Assembly: GCA_963816145.1 (NCBI GenBank)
Contig: CAWFJP010000013.1
Span: forward strand, 171,734 to 235,733
Origin: an uncultured delta proteobacterium
Lineage (GTDB): Bacteria; Desulfobacterota; Binatia; UBA9968
Direction of reading: 5' to 3'
DNA: 64,000 nucleotides
Numbering within the stretch: position 1 is the first letter of the stretch; each line of letters begins with the position of its first letter. The notes beneath the pieces are model-generated. The model was not told the origin of the DNA. It saw only the letters and a program-made list of their open reading frames with translations, and did not search any database. The translations under genes were made by a program, and so were the position numbers. Positions 52,266 to 63,300 of the stretch are shown here, in pieces.

Positions 52266-52853
52266 ATGGTTGACAAACCAAGGCTAGCGGTATTCGAGCA
52301 GTTCATTCAATCCGCCCGCGCGTTCTGCGCGGCCAATCCGGACGCCGAAGCGCGCATGAAGAAAATCAAAATCCTTTTGGAAGCCTTGGTCAATGATCCG
52401 ACCCTGCGCGAGCACTCGAAAACTTGGCCGTCCACGGAGGGGCATAAAAATCTGCTGCTCTATGAGGATCCCGATTACGGATTTGTCGTCAATGCGGTGG
52501 TGCGCACACCGGGGCGCGAAGGCAGAGTGCACGACCACGCCCATGCATGGACCGCCTACGGCGTGCTCGACGGTATGGAGAGGTTGGAGCGCTACCGGCG
52601 CATCGACGATGGCAAGAAAGCCGATTACGCATTGATTCAGCTCGACAGCATCAGCGAAGGCAACGCAGGTAAAGTCGATCTGGTCCAGCCCTACGCTATT
52701 CATTCCGAAAAAGGTGGACCGGCGCGGTCGGTAGCCGTCATCGTCCGCTCGGAACGTTTGGTCGGTAAAGTCTTGCAAGGGCGCTACGATGCTAAAACGG
52801 ATAAGTATCACGAGAGCGAGGGCCCGACACAGGTGGCGTTTGCGGTGGTGTGA
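52266..52853 (+). CDS. Cysteine-dioxygenase-like cupin
   Basis: VHDHAHAW.AYGV and IHSE metal ligands; GGAGG RBS before MVDKPRL. Confidence 0.75.
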   Translation: MVDKPRLAVFEQFIQSARAFCAANPDAEARMKKIKILLEALVNDPTLREHSKTWPSTEGHKNLLLYEDPDYGFVVNAVVRTPGREGRVHDHAHAWTAYGVLDGMERLERYRRIDDGKKADYALIQLDSISEGNAGKVDLVQPYAIHSEKGGPARSVAVIVRSERLVGKVLQGRYDAKTDKYHESEGPTQVAFAVV

Positions 52854-52881
52854 CCGCTTGTAACTGGTTCGGGAATTGATT

Positions 52882-52936
52882 TGGTGCCCGAGGCGAGATT
52901 TGAACCCGCACAGGGTTGCCCCTACCGGATTTTGAG
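52882..52936 (-). repeat. att site: 3' half of tRNA-Leu(CAA), distal copy
   Basis: Matches 63944-63998 with 3 mismatches; similarity stops in the anticodon arm. Confidence 0.88.
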
Positions 52937-53470
52937 TTCTCAGTTTCAATTTTCTAGCAGCGCCTACCGTACAATACCCCTCAATAACATTCGGGTTTCG
53001 GTTTCCTTGGTGCCTGGTTGTGCTCGCTGTGTTTTCATGGTGAGGGCACAGGACGGGCACAGCAAAGTGTTTCTCCCCATAACGATGGTAACGAGTTGAT
53101 TGAATCGTATTTCCCGACCGCTAAGTCTCGCCAGATCCGATTGTCGCGTTTTCAATTCAATCTTGACGCGAGAGTGGGGCGGCCGGCCTCGACAACTCGT
53201 AAACGCAATCTTCAGTTTAGAGTTGTCTACTCACTCATAGCGCGTTTCCTTTTTTTCGTCGAAAACTGAATGCTGCCAAATCATCGGTGACGACTTCCAA
53301 GTCCCTTTTCTTACCGCAATTATCTTTAATTTCCGTCAAGTCAACAGAACCAATACCTCATATTCACCAGCCTTGTTCTCAACTTGACATAAGCCTATTA
53401 GCGCGATTATGACATGGCCGGACGATAGGTAGTGACTTAAATTTCCGTGAGTGACCCACAGGAGAACAGT

Positions 53471-55432
53471 ATGCAGTTACCGCCGGAACAAGAAGCCATA
53501 CGGGCCAAGTGTTTTCATCCCTCGGGGGCGTTTGTCGAGTTTCCGATGGAAGACGTCGAGACATCGATCCCCGCGCGGTTTGAAAAGATCGTGCGGATGT
53601 ATCCTGAGCGAGTCGCGGTCAAAACTAAAACCCAAATTCTATCATATTCCGAGCTGAACCGGGCGGCGAATCGATTGGCACGTATAATTCTCACCCGGCG
53701 GGGAGAAGGTCCTGAACCGGTGGGGCTTTTTTTGATGGATGGGGCCCATGTAATTATGGCTCATCTCGCAGTTCTTAAGGCAGGTAAGTTTTCCATGAGC
53801 CTGGACCCGTTGGCGTCCCTGGATAGGACGCGTCATCTGTTGAACGACTCGCGTACCGCGCTGGTGATAACCGATAAGTCAAGCAGTTCGATTGCAGATC
53901 TGTGGGATGATCGCGAAATTGGGCAGATCGATATCGACGAGCGAGATTGCATGGCGGGCGAAGACGATCTTCAGATAACAATCCCATGCGAAGCATACAC
54001 ATATCTGCGCTATACATCGGGCTCAACGGGACAAGCAAAAGGGGCGCTAAAGACCCACCGCCATGTATTGCATGCGGTGATGAACGCAACGAACAATTTT
54101 CACATCTGCGCGGAGGAACGCTCCACGATACTTACTCCGGACGCGTCGCTGGGGAAATACGCGTTCGAGATGCTCCTTAATGGCGCCGCGCTCTATCCGT
54201 TGTACGTAAAGGAAGAAGGACTCCTTGGCTTGGCAGATTGGATGAAGCGCGAAGAAATAACTTTTTACTACTCCTTTCCGACTGCATTTCATCATTTTCT
54301 CGATATCTTGTCGGCACAAAATAATTTTCCCAGTTTGCGGTTGATCCGGTTGGAAGGCGAGCCGATCTACCGGAGCGATGTCGAGCAGTACCAAAGACTT
54401 TTTGCCGACGAGTGCTTGCTGGCTAACTCATTTTCTTCCACCGAGACCGGGCCGGTCTGTCTCTATTTCGTGGACAAACAAACTGAAGTTACAGGCACTC
54501 GTCTTCCGGCCGGGTATACCGTGGATGGTGTAGAAATATCGCTGCTGGATGAATCGGGCAAAGATGTTGGGTGTAATCAGCCCGGTGAAGTCGTCGTAAG
54601 GAGTCCATTTCTCTCGTCAGGTTACTGGCAAAAAAACGAGTTGACCCATACCAAGTTCCAAGCGGAGCAAGACGGGGAAGATGCTAGACGCTACTTTACC
54701 GGTGATATCGCTATACGAACCGATGACGGCTGTTTGGAACTCGTGGGACGGAAAGACTTTCAAGTCAAAATCCGTAGTTTCCGGGTTGATGTGGGTGACG
54801 TGGAGGCGGCCCTCGTGGCGCATCCGGAGGTTAAAGAGGCCGTCGTCATTTCAAGACAGGAAAAATCGGGCGACGATACTTTGGTAGCCTATTTCGTGCC
54901 GCAGCATCTGCCGGCGCCAACCACAACGGCTTTGCGAAAGTTCTTAGCAGCAACGCTTGTCGACTACATGATCCCGTCGCGGTTTATCGTGCTTGAAAAT
55001 ATTCCGCTCCTGTCGACCGGAAAGGTTGATCGGCGTGCACTGCCAATGCTCCGGAGTGAGCGCCCCGACCTCGATACGTTGTTCGCAGCGCCGAGGACGC
55101 CCGCTGAGCAATCACTGTCTCAAATCTGGGCTGAAGTGCTGTACCTGGACCAAGTTGGCATCTACGACAACTTCTTCGATCTAGGTGGTCATTCTTTGTC
55201 GGCTTCTAGAGTTCTTTCCAGGGCAATAAAAACATTCCAGATTGATCTGCCTTTGTCAGCGGTATTCGATTCGCCCACGGTCGCCGAGATGGCGACCATC
55301 ATCACGGGGAACCAAGCGAATCAGGCAAGCGAAGCGGAGCTAGCGGAGATGTTGCGCGAGGTCGAGGCGATGACGGATGCAGATGCACAGCGGGTTATGG
55401 ATAACATCGATTCGACAATCGCCAAAAAGTAG
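53471..55432 (+). CDS. Stand-alone NRPS-like adenylation + carrier (A-PCP) protein
   Basis: YTSGSTG, YFTGD, GRKDFQVKIR, TGKVDR, DNFFDLGGHSL; GGAG RBS before the ATG at 53471. Confidence 0.9.
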   Translation: MQLPPEQEAIRAKCFHPSGAFVEFPMEDVETSIPARFEKIVRMYPERVAVKTKTQILSYSELNRAANRLARIILTRRGEGPEPVGLFLMDGAHVIMAHLAVLKAGKFSMSLDPLASLDRTRHLLNDSRTALVITDKSSSSIADLWDDREIGQIDIDERDCMAGEDDLQITIPCEAYTYLRYTSGSTGQAKGALKTHRHVLHAVMNATNNFHICAEERSTILTPDASLGKYAFEMLLNGAALYPLYVKEEGLLGLADWMKREEITFYYSFPTAFHHFLDILSAQNNFPSLRLIRLEGEPIYRSDVEQYQRLFADECLLANSFSSTETGPVCLYFVDKQTEVTGTRLPAGYTVDGVEISLLDESGKDVGCNQPGEVVVRSPFLSSGYWQKNELTHTKFQAEQDGEDARRYFTGDIAIRTDDGCLELVGRKDFQVKIRSFRVDVGDVEAALVAHPEVKEAVVISRQEKSGDDTLVAYFVPQHLPAPTTTALRKFLAATLVDYMIPSRFIVLENIPLLSTGKVDRRALPMLRSERPDLDTLFAAPRTPAEQSLSQIWAEVLYLDQVGIYDNFFDLGGHSLSASRVLSRAIKTFQIDLPLSAVFDSPTVAEMATIITGNQANQASEAELAEMLREVEAMTDADAQRVMDNIDSTIAKK

Positions 55433-55869
55433 TTTCATCCTCCTAGCCTTTTGTCCTTGCACGATCCTCTGAGAGAATCGACGAAAAACTGCGGCACAGA
55501 TAAAGCTGGATCGGCATCGGTTATCAGCGTCCTCGATCCGGGGCTGAGCTTGAATTCTCCTACAGTTCAATCCCGGGATATCTGCCCATCACAACTCGTT
55601 AGCAAATTCATCACGCTAGAGTTGTTTGTTCACCATTCGGTGTTTCATTTTCAATCTCAATTCGAGTTCTACAAACTCATCTGTAGCGATTGTCATGACC
55701 TGTTTCTTCCTGCGATGTCCTTTGAGTTCCTTCACTTTAACGGGGCAAAACTCCTTATAGCTAACTCACTTGTCTACACCTGTTACGTTCATATAATACG
55801 GCTAATTAGGATTTCACCGCGCATCATGGAATGATTGAAAGTCCCGCGTATGAGTCGAGGAGAAGCAGT

Positions 55870-57849
55870 ATGAGGTCACTGCCAGAGCAAGAAGCTATTT
55901 GGGCAAATTGTTTTCATCCGTCGGGGACGTTTGTCGAGTCCTCCAAAGCAGATGTCGAGACGTCGATCCCGGAGCAGTTCGAGAAGATCGTGTGCCAATA
56001 TCCTGAAAATTTGGCACTGAAGAAGGGAACCCGCAGCTTAACCTATAGCCAGTTAAACGAAGCCGCGAATCAGATCGCGCGTGAGATTCTTAACAGACAC
56101 GGGCTCAAAAGCGAACCCATCGCGCTCCTATTTGATCATGGCATCAATGTGATCGTGGCGATTCTAGCAGTTCTCAAGGCAGGAAAATTTTATGTCGCCA
56201 TGGACTTTTCGCTTTCAAAGGCAACGATCCAATATATCTTACAGAGTTCCACGGCAGCCCTGGTCATCACTGATAGTTGTGAAGCGGGTCGGGCTCGCGA
56301 AACGATTGGGCCTGAAAGAGATTTGCTTAGCCTCGACGATGTTGACATATCGTTACCCGCGAACAATTTGGGCTTACCCCTCACAGCGGATGACTTGGCG
56401 GCACTCATCTATACTTCTGGATCCACTGGGAATCCCAAAGGGGTGCTCCATACCCATCGCAGTTATGTACTCGGTGTGCTAGAAAGCCCCGCCCACCAGG
56501 GTATTTCTTCCGATGATCGTTTGAGTCTACTTCATTCGGTGAGCTTCAAATCAGCGACCAGCCACCTGGTATTTTCGCTCATGGGTGGAGCATGTTTGTT
56601 GCCTTACGATATCAAAACTCAAGGTCTCCATGGCTTTGCCGATTGGTTGCGCGATGAGCGAATCACCCGCTGTCATCTGCCACCGGCCGTGTTCCAGGCA
56701 TTCGCGGATGATCTAAACAATATTAATCAATTTCCAGATCTAAAACGCATCTGTTTGTCGGGTTCAGTGGTAACTTCGGCGGCGTTCGAGAGATTCCGGC
56801 GAAAGATCGGCGGCACCACGCAATTGGAAGTCGCCATGGGGTGCACTGAAGTTGGGTGGGCGACATCCGGGATCGCAGAAGTCGGATACGTCTTTCCCAA
56901 GGAAGGCAACCCGATTGGCTACCCCGTCGGGGGAAAGAAGATACTCATTCTGGACGACGAAGGCGGAGAGGTTCCCCAGGGAAAACTCGGCGAGATCGCC
57001 GTAAAAAGCCGATACCTATCGCCCGGTTATTGGCAAGACCCGAAGTTGACCCAGGCAAAGTTCCTGCCGGATCCGGATGGCGGCCCCGAGCGCACTTACT
57101 TGACGGGCGACCTCGGACGGATGCTCGCTGATGGTTCTCTTGTCCATATCGGTCGCAAGGATCTGATGGTAAAGATACGCGGGCACGGTGTCGAGGTAGA
57201 AGGAGTTGAAAGAAAATTAAACGAGCACCCACAGGTTAAAGATGCGGCGGTCTCGGCGTGGGACTATGGCGATGGCGACAAATACCTAGCCGCTTATATC
57301 GTTGCCGAGGGTAAGAGTCTGCCGACGGCTGATCAGCTTAAGACTTTTCTCAGGGAGACGCTGCCCGATTACATGATTCCTTCCACTATCATGTTTTTGG
57401 ACTCACTACCTTTGACGAACGGGAAACTGGACCGCAAGGCCTTACCTCAACCCGGTAATACGCGCCCGGAGCTGAGAACGAAATATTATATACCGAGAAA
57501 CGAGATTGAAAAATGCCTGGTACGAATCTGGGAAGATCTCCTTGATGTTCATCCCATAGGCATCCATGACAATTTCTTTGACCTGGGAGGACACTCGCTG
57601 TCATCAGCCCGCGTGGTCTCCAGGGTTTTCGAGCAATATCAGATAGAGATTCCGCTGCAATCCCTGTTTCAAGCTCCTACGATTGCCGAAATGGCCGCGG
57701 TGATAGCCGAACATCAGGCAAAAAAGTTAGACGAGAGCCAGTTGGCAACCATCCTAGACGAATTAGCGTCGATGTCGGATCTTGAAGCTGAGCAACGTGC
57801 GAGCGAAAATAATTATACCACCACCAAAAAAGCAGATGGTCCCTTTTAG
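55870..57849 (+). CDS. Stand-alone NRPS-like A-PCP protein (paralog)
   Basis: YTSGSTGNPKG, YLTGD, GRKDLMVKIRG, NGKLDR, DNFFDLGGHSL; TTGTCT-N16-TATAAT upstream at 55770-55797. Confidence 0.9.
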   Translation: MRSLPEQEAIWANCFHPSGTFVESSKADVETSIPEQFEKIVCQYPENLALKKGTRSLTYSQLNEAANQIAREILNRHGLKSEPIALLFDHGINVIVAILAVLKAGKFYVAMDFSLSKATIQYILQSSTAALVITDSCEAGRARETIGPERDLLSLDDVDISLPANNLGLPLTADDLAALIYTSGSTGNPKGVLHTHRSYVLGVLESPAHQGISSDDRLSLLHSVSFKSATSHLVFSLMGGACLLPYDIKTQGLHGFADWLRDERITRCHLPPAVFQAFADDLNNINQFPDLKRICLSGSVVTSAAFERFRRKIGGTTQLEVAMGCTEVGWATSGIAEVGYVFPKEGNPIGYPVGGKKILILDDEGGEVPQGKLGEIAVKSRYLSPGYWQDPKLTQAKFLPDPDGGPERTYLTGDLGRMLADGSLVHIGRKDLMVKIRGHGVEVEGVERKLNEHPQVKDAAVSAWDYGDGDKYLAAYIVAEGKSLPTADQLKTFLRETLPDYMIPSTIMFLDSLPLTNGKLDRKALPQPGNTRPELRTKYYIPRNEIEKCLVRIWEDLLDVHPIGIHDNFFDLGGHSLSSARVVSRVFEQYQIEIPLQSLFQAPTIAEMAAVIAEHQAKKLDESQLATILDELASMSDLEAEQRASENNYTTTKKADGPF

Positions 57850-58183
57850 CCAATTGTTCTCGCGTGGTCCCTGAGAGCGGCGACGACAAACTGCGCTGCA
57901 GTTAATATCGGACCGGCATCGGTTATCAGCGTCCTCCATCCTGAGGCTGAGTTTGAACTGAATTCTCCGACGGCTCAATCCTGCGAGATCGAACTGTCGC
58001 GCCTTTCGATCCTACGACGTAACAGCAATATCCATACAATTTCCAATGCCAATTGAGGCGTGAAAACAACTTGAGTTCGTGCAACTCGTTGAACCGTTTG
58101 CTGAGCTAAAATGATGCGTCGTCGTTATTGATGCCAAGGAACTGCATCAGGGCATAATCTCGATCATCATGTGTGAGTTTCTT

Positions 58184-58465
58184 TTAATCGCTAAGGTTGG
58201 ATCGGGTCGTTTCTCCCGGTTTAAGATAGCGTTCCCCGTTACGTTCAACCACTTCAACGATCCTTTCCCCATTTGCATCTACGAAAGATTCTAGCGCTTG
58301 AGCAAAAATAGCTTCCGATATGGCCAATTCGCGTCTTAAGTCCTCGGCGAGAATGCGGAAGGCCGAACCTTGGTTGGAGCGTTTGTAGGCGATGCACAGT
58401 TTATTGAAGATTTCTTACTGGGCTTGAAAGATCAGTAGTTGGTGATGATCGATTGCCTGAACCAT
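58184..58465 (-). pseudogene. Small 94-codon frame with an internal stop
   Basis: MVQAIDHHQLLIFQAQ*EIFNKLCIAYKRS...LRRELAISEAIFAQALESF...RYLKPGETTRSNLSD*. Confidence 0.4.
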
Positions 58466-58593
58466 TATCTTGCCTGGCTTCTGGTAGAACACAAACAGCC
58501 TGCGCACCTATAACGCCGCTCGCGGCGAGGAGTCAAGGCGAGGGTATCGACGCTGCGCTCCGACTGAGCGCCCAATACGGTTGGACTGTTTTC

Positions 58594-58758
58594 CCATCAA
58601 CTCAATGTCGTGGTGGTTGTGAGATCCGGCACAATTCAGGCGCAATGAAAGCGGGGTATGGTAAGCGCACCGAGTGAGCTGTTGATCGTGCAGGCTAGAA
58701 ATTTGGTGCCGGAGGCGAGACTTGAACTCGCACAGGGTTGCCCCTAATGGATTTTGAG
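58594..58758. repeat. 165-bp direct repeat (island end + tRNA-Leu 3' half), second copy at 63834-63998
   Basis: Near-identical alignment at an offset of 5240 bp. Confidence 0.92.
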
Positions 58759-59676
58759 AGCGTAATAATATAAACCTAGCAACACCTACCCGTTAGTAAC
58801 GGCCTATAACCGCTGGCTTAAGCCCGGATTACTTTTTGTTGGTTTCCTATTAAACGCCCGTGGTTTAGTTAAAGTTCAGTTAAAGCGAAGGCTCGATCCT
58901 GGACCGGAAAACCGGCGCGTTTTAGGGTCAAACCGTACTAATCCGCGCCTAGGCTTTAAACGTTCCGCAATAAGCCCCCTGGGTCGCCAAATCGGGTTTA
59001 TTAAGGGGTACCCTCAACTCCCCGGCTTCGTCCTTTCCACTTTAGCGCCATGACTGTTTGTTAATCTCCTGACAGCCATTATCGAAAAATCTCTGCATTG
59101 CTCTTTAAAAGAATCGTTCGTTTGCATTCGTCGGCACCTATTCCCACGAACAATGCGCGGCCGTGATGCAGAAAGATCGGTAGATTCATTTATCTGACTG
59201 GGCCACTTGATTACCAATCAAAAGGCTGTGCTATTTTTAGAGTATCGTGTTGATCTAGCACGGTGATCGCCAGGCGGCAGACCGGCCAACAAAATGTGTA
59301 ATCGAGTGAGAGCATCGTTTGAGTTTCGTGAAACCAAGGTCCGAGGGTGTCCGCCTACCCGTCGTTTTTTCCCATGCCTGGATAAAGGCCGGTGAGTATT
59401 TTCGCACTCACGACAATTTTCAGATGTTGCCGCTACACAATGTAGGAGATTTTCGCTTCGGTAGTCGTGGCATAGGGTTTGCGCAACCTCGATCTAAGTA
59501 CTGCGCGACAACATCACATAGTCGACGGGAGGCTTTAAAAAGACCTTTGTTAGCGACCATAATCACTCTGACTATTTGGCTCGCTTCCGTACCTCCGGGC
59601 ATAGCTATATAGAAACGCACAGAAGGCCTCTGGCCGGGGAAAGCGATGCAGTGATTTGAAAACGGGGGGCAATTTA

Positions 59677-60281
59677 ATGCGAAAACCTTTCCCCTTCCCA
59701 ATCCTATTCTACTCTGCGCTGCCGAAGTTTTGGCGCAGCAGGGCACGTTAGATGTCCTGCATTGCGACAAGATCGGCGAGCGTTGCGAGTATCAGCACTG
59801 GCTCAAAACGGCAACCGAGCTAATGGAGTTAAAATTGCCCAAGGGCCATCAGCAAAGAGCCTGGCGCATCGGCGTCAAGGTTAGAGTCAGCGGCATGCGA
59901 ACCGCAGGCACCAACGAAGTGCACACCATGCAGGCACTGGCGCTTGCTGCGCCGGCATCCACCGTTGGCCCGCGTAAGACCATCGTCCTACTAATAAACT
60001 ACCAAGACAACCGAACAAAGCCATGGACGGCAACACAGATCAATCAGGTGTTTGCCGGCGTCGACGGCTTCTATCGCGAGAACTCGTTCAACACGGCGTC
60101 GATCGAAGGGTTGATTGCTGGGTCGTCGGTGGACATCTACGGCTGGTACATCAGCTGCTTCCCGGTCAACGGAGACTGTGGAACGGCGACCGGCGCAGCG
60201 AGCGACGCTTACGTTGCCAACACGTTAGGAGGATGTCAATCTCAACACCTATCAGCATGTCGTCCAGATATTCCCGCATGA
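59677..60281 (+). pseudogene. Degraded exported metallopeptidase-like (M6/M11-type N-terminal) fragment
   Basis: Frameshifted signal peptide; GPRKTIVLLINYQD...FYRENSF...GWY; ends before any HExxH. Confidence 0.45.
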
Positions 60282-60314
60282 GGATAGTTGGTGGGACGGC
60301 AGCGGAATGACAGC

Positions 60315-63300
60315 ATGAAACAACGGATTTTCATTTTCGTTCTCGTCATTTTTCTAGTTTGCCTCGCTGGCGTCCCCGCGCCCGCCCAGACCGACAAAAA
60401 TGGTCCCATGGCGAAACTGACGTACAGCCTGGTTAAACTTCATAACCAATACGTAACCTATCTGGCACAACGTAGCGCTGCACAATTTAGCTCCGGCGAC
60501 TCTTTAATCACACTGGTTGACGATCGTGTGGTGGTCGATGCGGTCGCGTCCGAGGATGTAAATGTGCTTAAAGCCGATCTCGAGTCTTTGGGAATGCAAC
60601 AGGCGGTTGCCTTCGGCCGCATCGTCTCAGGGCGACTGCCTGTATCGGCTCTTCGTGCTGCCGCGGGACTGGCAAGCCTGGTGTTCGCACAACCCGCGGT
60701 CGCGATGACCAACGCAGGAAGCGTGACGAGCCAGGGCGATCAAGCGATTCGTTCCAACGTGGCGCGGGCCACTTACGGGGTGGATGGGAGCGGAGTCACC
60801 GTAGGCGTCCTGTCAGACAGCTTTAACTGCCTTGGCGGCGGCGCCGCCGACATAACAAGCGGTGACCTCTCACCGGTCACGGTTATCCAGGAGCATGCGA
60901 GTTGCAGCGGAGTTACCGATGAGGGTCGAGCCCTGTTGCAAGTCGTCCACGACGTCGCTCCCGGCACTAGTCTAGCTTTTGCCTCAGCGTTTAACGGCTT
61001 GGCTTCTTTTGCGACGAACATTCAGTCGCTCACGGCCGCCGGAGCGAAGGTTATCGTCGACGATGTGATCTATTTGGCCGAACCGTTCTTCCAAGACGGT
61101 ACTCTTGCCCAGGCGGTCAATAGCGTTGTCTCAGGCGGTGTCGCCTATTTCTCGGCGGCCGGCAACCAAGCGCGCCAGAGTTATGAAAGCGTTTTTAGAG
61201 CGGGTGGCGTCTTCGCCCAAGGCGCTATCCCTTCCGCTGCTGGAGCACCGCCGTTCTTCGGCGGGACCGCGCACGACTTCGACCCAAGGGGCAGCACCGA
61301 TGTCTTTCAGAGGATTACCCTACCGCCTGGCGCAGGCTTCGTCATGTCGTTTCAGTGGGACTCTCCGGCGTTTTCTGTTAGTGGTGCGCCCGGATCGCCC
61401 AACGATCTCGATGTCTATGTGCTTAATGCCGCCGCGAACCAAGTTGTGGCCGGCGCGACCCTTGACAATCACGGGAATGACCCAATCGAGGTTTTCTCGT
61501 TTACCAACGCTACAGGTGTGACGGCTAACTTCAACATCATGATCGTGAAATTCTCAGGGCCGAACCCAGGGTTGATCAAGTATGTGTTGTTCAATTCGGG
61601 CATAACCAGCCAAGAGTTCGCGACGAACAGCGGCACGCTCTACGGCCATGCCAACGCAGTTGGAGCCGAAGCAGTGGGTGCGGCTGCCTACTTTAACACT
61701 CCAGCATTCGGTGTTTCTCCGCCGGTCTTGAACTCCTTTTCTTCGTCAGGCACCACACCTATTCTATTTGACCAGGCCGGCAACCGACTTGCCACTCCCG
61801 AACTCCGTGCCAAGCCGGAGATTGTCGCCCCGGATGGCGGCGACACGACATTCTTCGGCTCCCCATATCCGGATGGAAATGGATTTCCCAACTTCTTTGG
61901 CACGTCGGCGGCGGCGCCTCATGCGGCGGGTGTAGCGGCGCTAATGTTACAGAGGAGACCGACGTTAATGCCGCACGGGATATACGCAAGTCTGGAAAGT
62001 ACCGCGATTGATATGGGCGTGCCAGGCTTCGATAGTGACAGCGGATTTGGCCTTATTCAAGCAGACGGTGCGTTGGCGGCCGCTGCTCTACTTCCAGCCA
62101 TCTCTATCAACGACATAAGCATACCAGAAGGCGACTCAGGTACGAGTAATTTTGTATTTACGGTATCTCTCTCGACTGCGACCGAACAAACCGTTTCAGT
62201 AAACTACAGCACTGCTAACAACACAGCGACGGCAGGAAGCGACTATGTGGCGACGTCGGGGACTTTAACGTTTAACCCTGGCGATACGACAAAAACTATA
62301 ACCGTCGTAGTCAATGGTGACACCCGAAATGAGCCGGACGAGACTTTCTTTGTTAATATCAGTAACCCCGTGAACGCCACAATTGCAGACGGACAAGGGC
62401 TAGGTACGATTTTGAATGACAATCCGCTCCCCGCTCTCTCGATTAACGACGTGAGTCTAGCAGAAGGCAACTCAGGGACGATCAATTCTGTTTTTACGGT
62501 GACTCTGTCGCCTATGAGCGGCCAGACCGTAACGGTCAGCTATAGCACGGCCAACGGTTCCGCTATCGCAAGTAATGACTACGTGGCGATGTCGGGGACT
62601 TTAACGTTTAACCCTGGCGATACGACAAAAACTATAACCGTCGTAGTCAATGGTGACACTCTAAATGAAGCGAACGAGACTTTCTTTGTCATTATCAGCA
62701 ACCCCGTGAACGCTACAATTGCAGACGGACAAGGGCTCGGTACGATTACCAATGACGATGCTACGCTCCCCACTATCTCTATCAAAGATGTGAGTGTGAC
62801 AGAGGGTAATACGGGGACGACGAATGCTGTCTTTAACGTGACTCTCTCACCTGCGAGCGGCCAGACCGTAACGGTCAGCTATAGCACGGCCAACGGTTCC
62901 GCTACCGCAGGTAGTGACTACGTAGCGACGTCGGGGACGTTAACGTTTAACCCTGGCGATACGACAAAAACTATAACGGTCGCAGTCAACGGCGATACAG
63001 TTGTTGAATCCAACGAAACCTTTTTCGTCAATCTAACGACCGCAATCAACGCGACGATTGCGGACGGCCAAGGAATTGGCACGATTGCCAACGATGATAA
63101 CTATGCGGTCATGGGCAACGAGGCCTTTGTATTTCAGCAGTATGTGGATTTCTTAGATCGAGAGCCCGATCCTGGAGAGTTAGTTGCCTGGGAGAACGCC
63201 CTGAACGGCGGGTTTCCGAGAGCTAGTCTGATTGAAGCGTTCATGGATTCGGGCGAATTTCGCTTCGAGGGGAAGTTCATCGCCCAGACTTACTTAGGGA

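Larger units (their letters stand above)
52937..58703. mobile_element. Integrase-less genomic island 1 at tRNA-Leu (two A-PCP genes)
   Basis: Bounded by tRNA 3'-end direct repeats; visibly more AT-rich than the flanks. Confidence 0.75.

Noticed and set aside
53471-57849. Complete NRPS biosynthetic cluster
   Set aside because: No C, TE or reductase domains, PPTase, tailoring or export genes nearby.
52882-58758. Two additional functional tRNA genes
   Set aside because: Both copies stop in the anticodon arm and lack the D-arm and 5' acceptor strand; they are att remnants.
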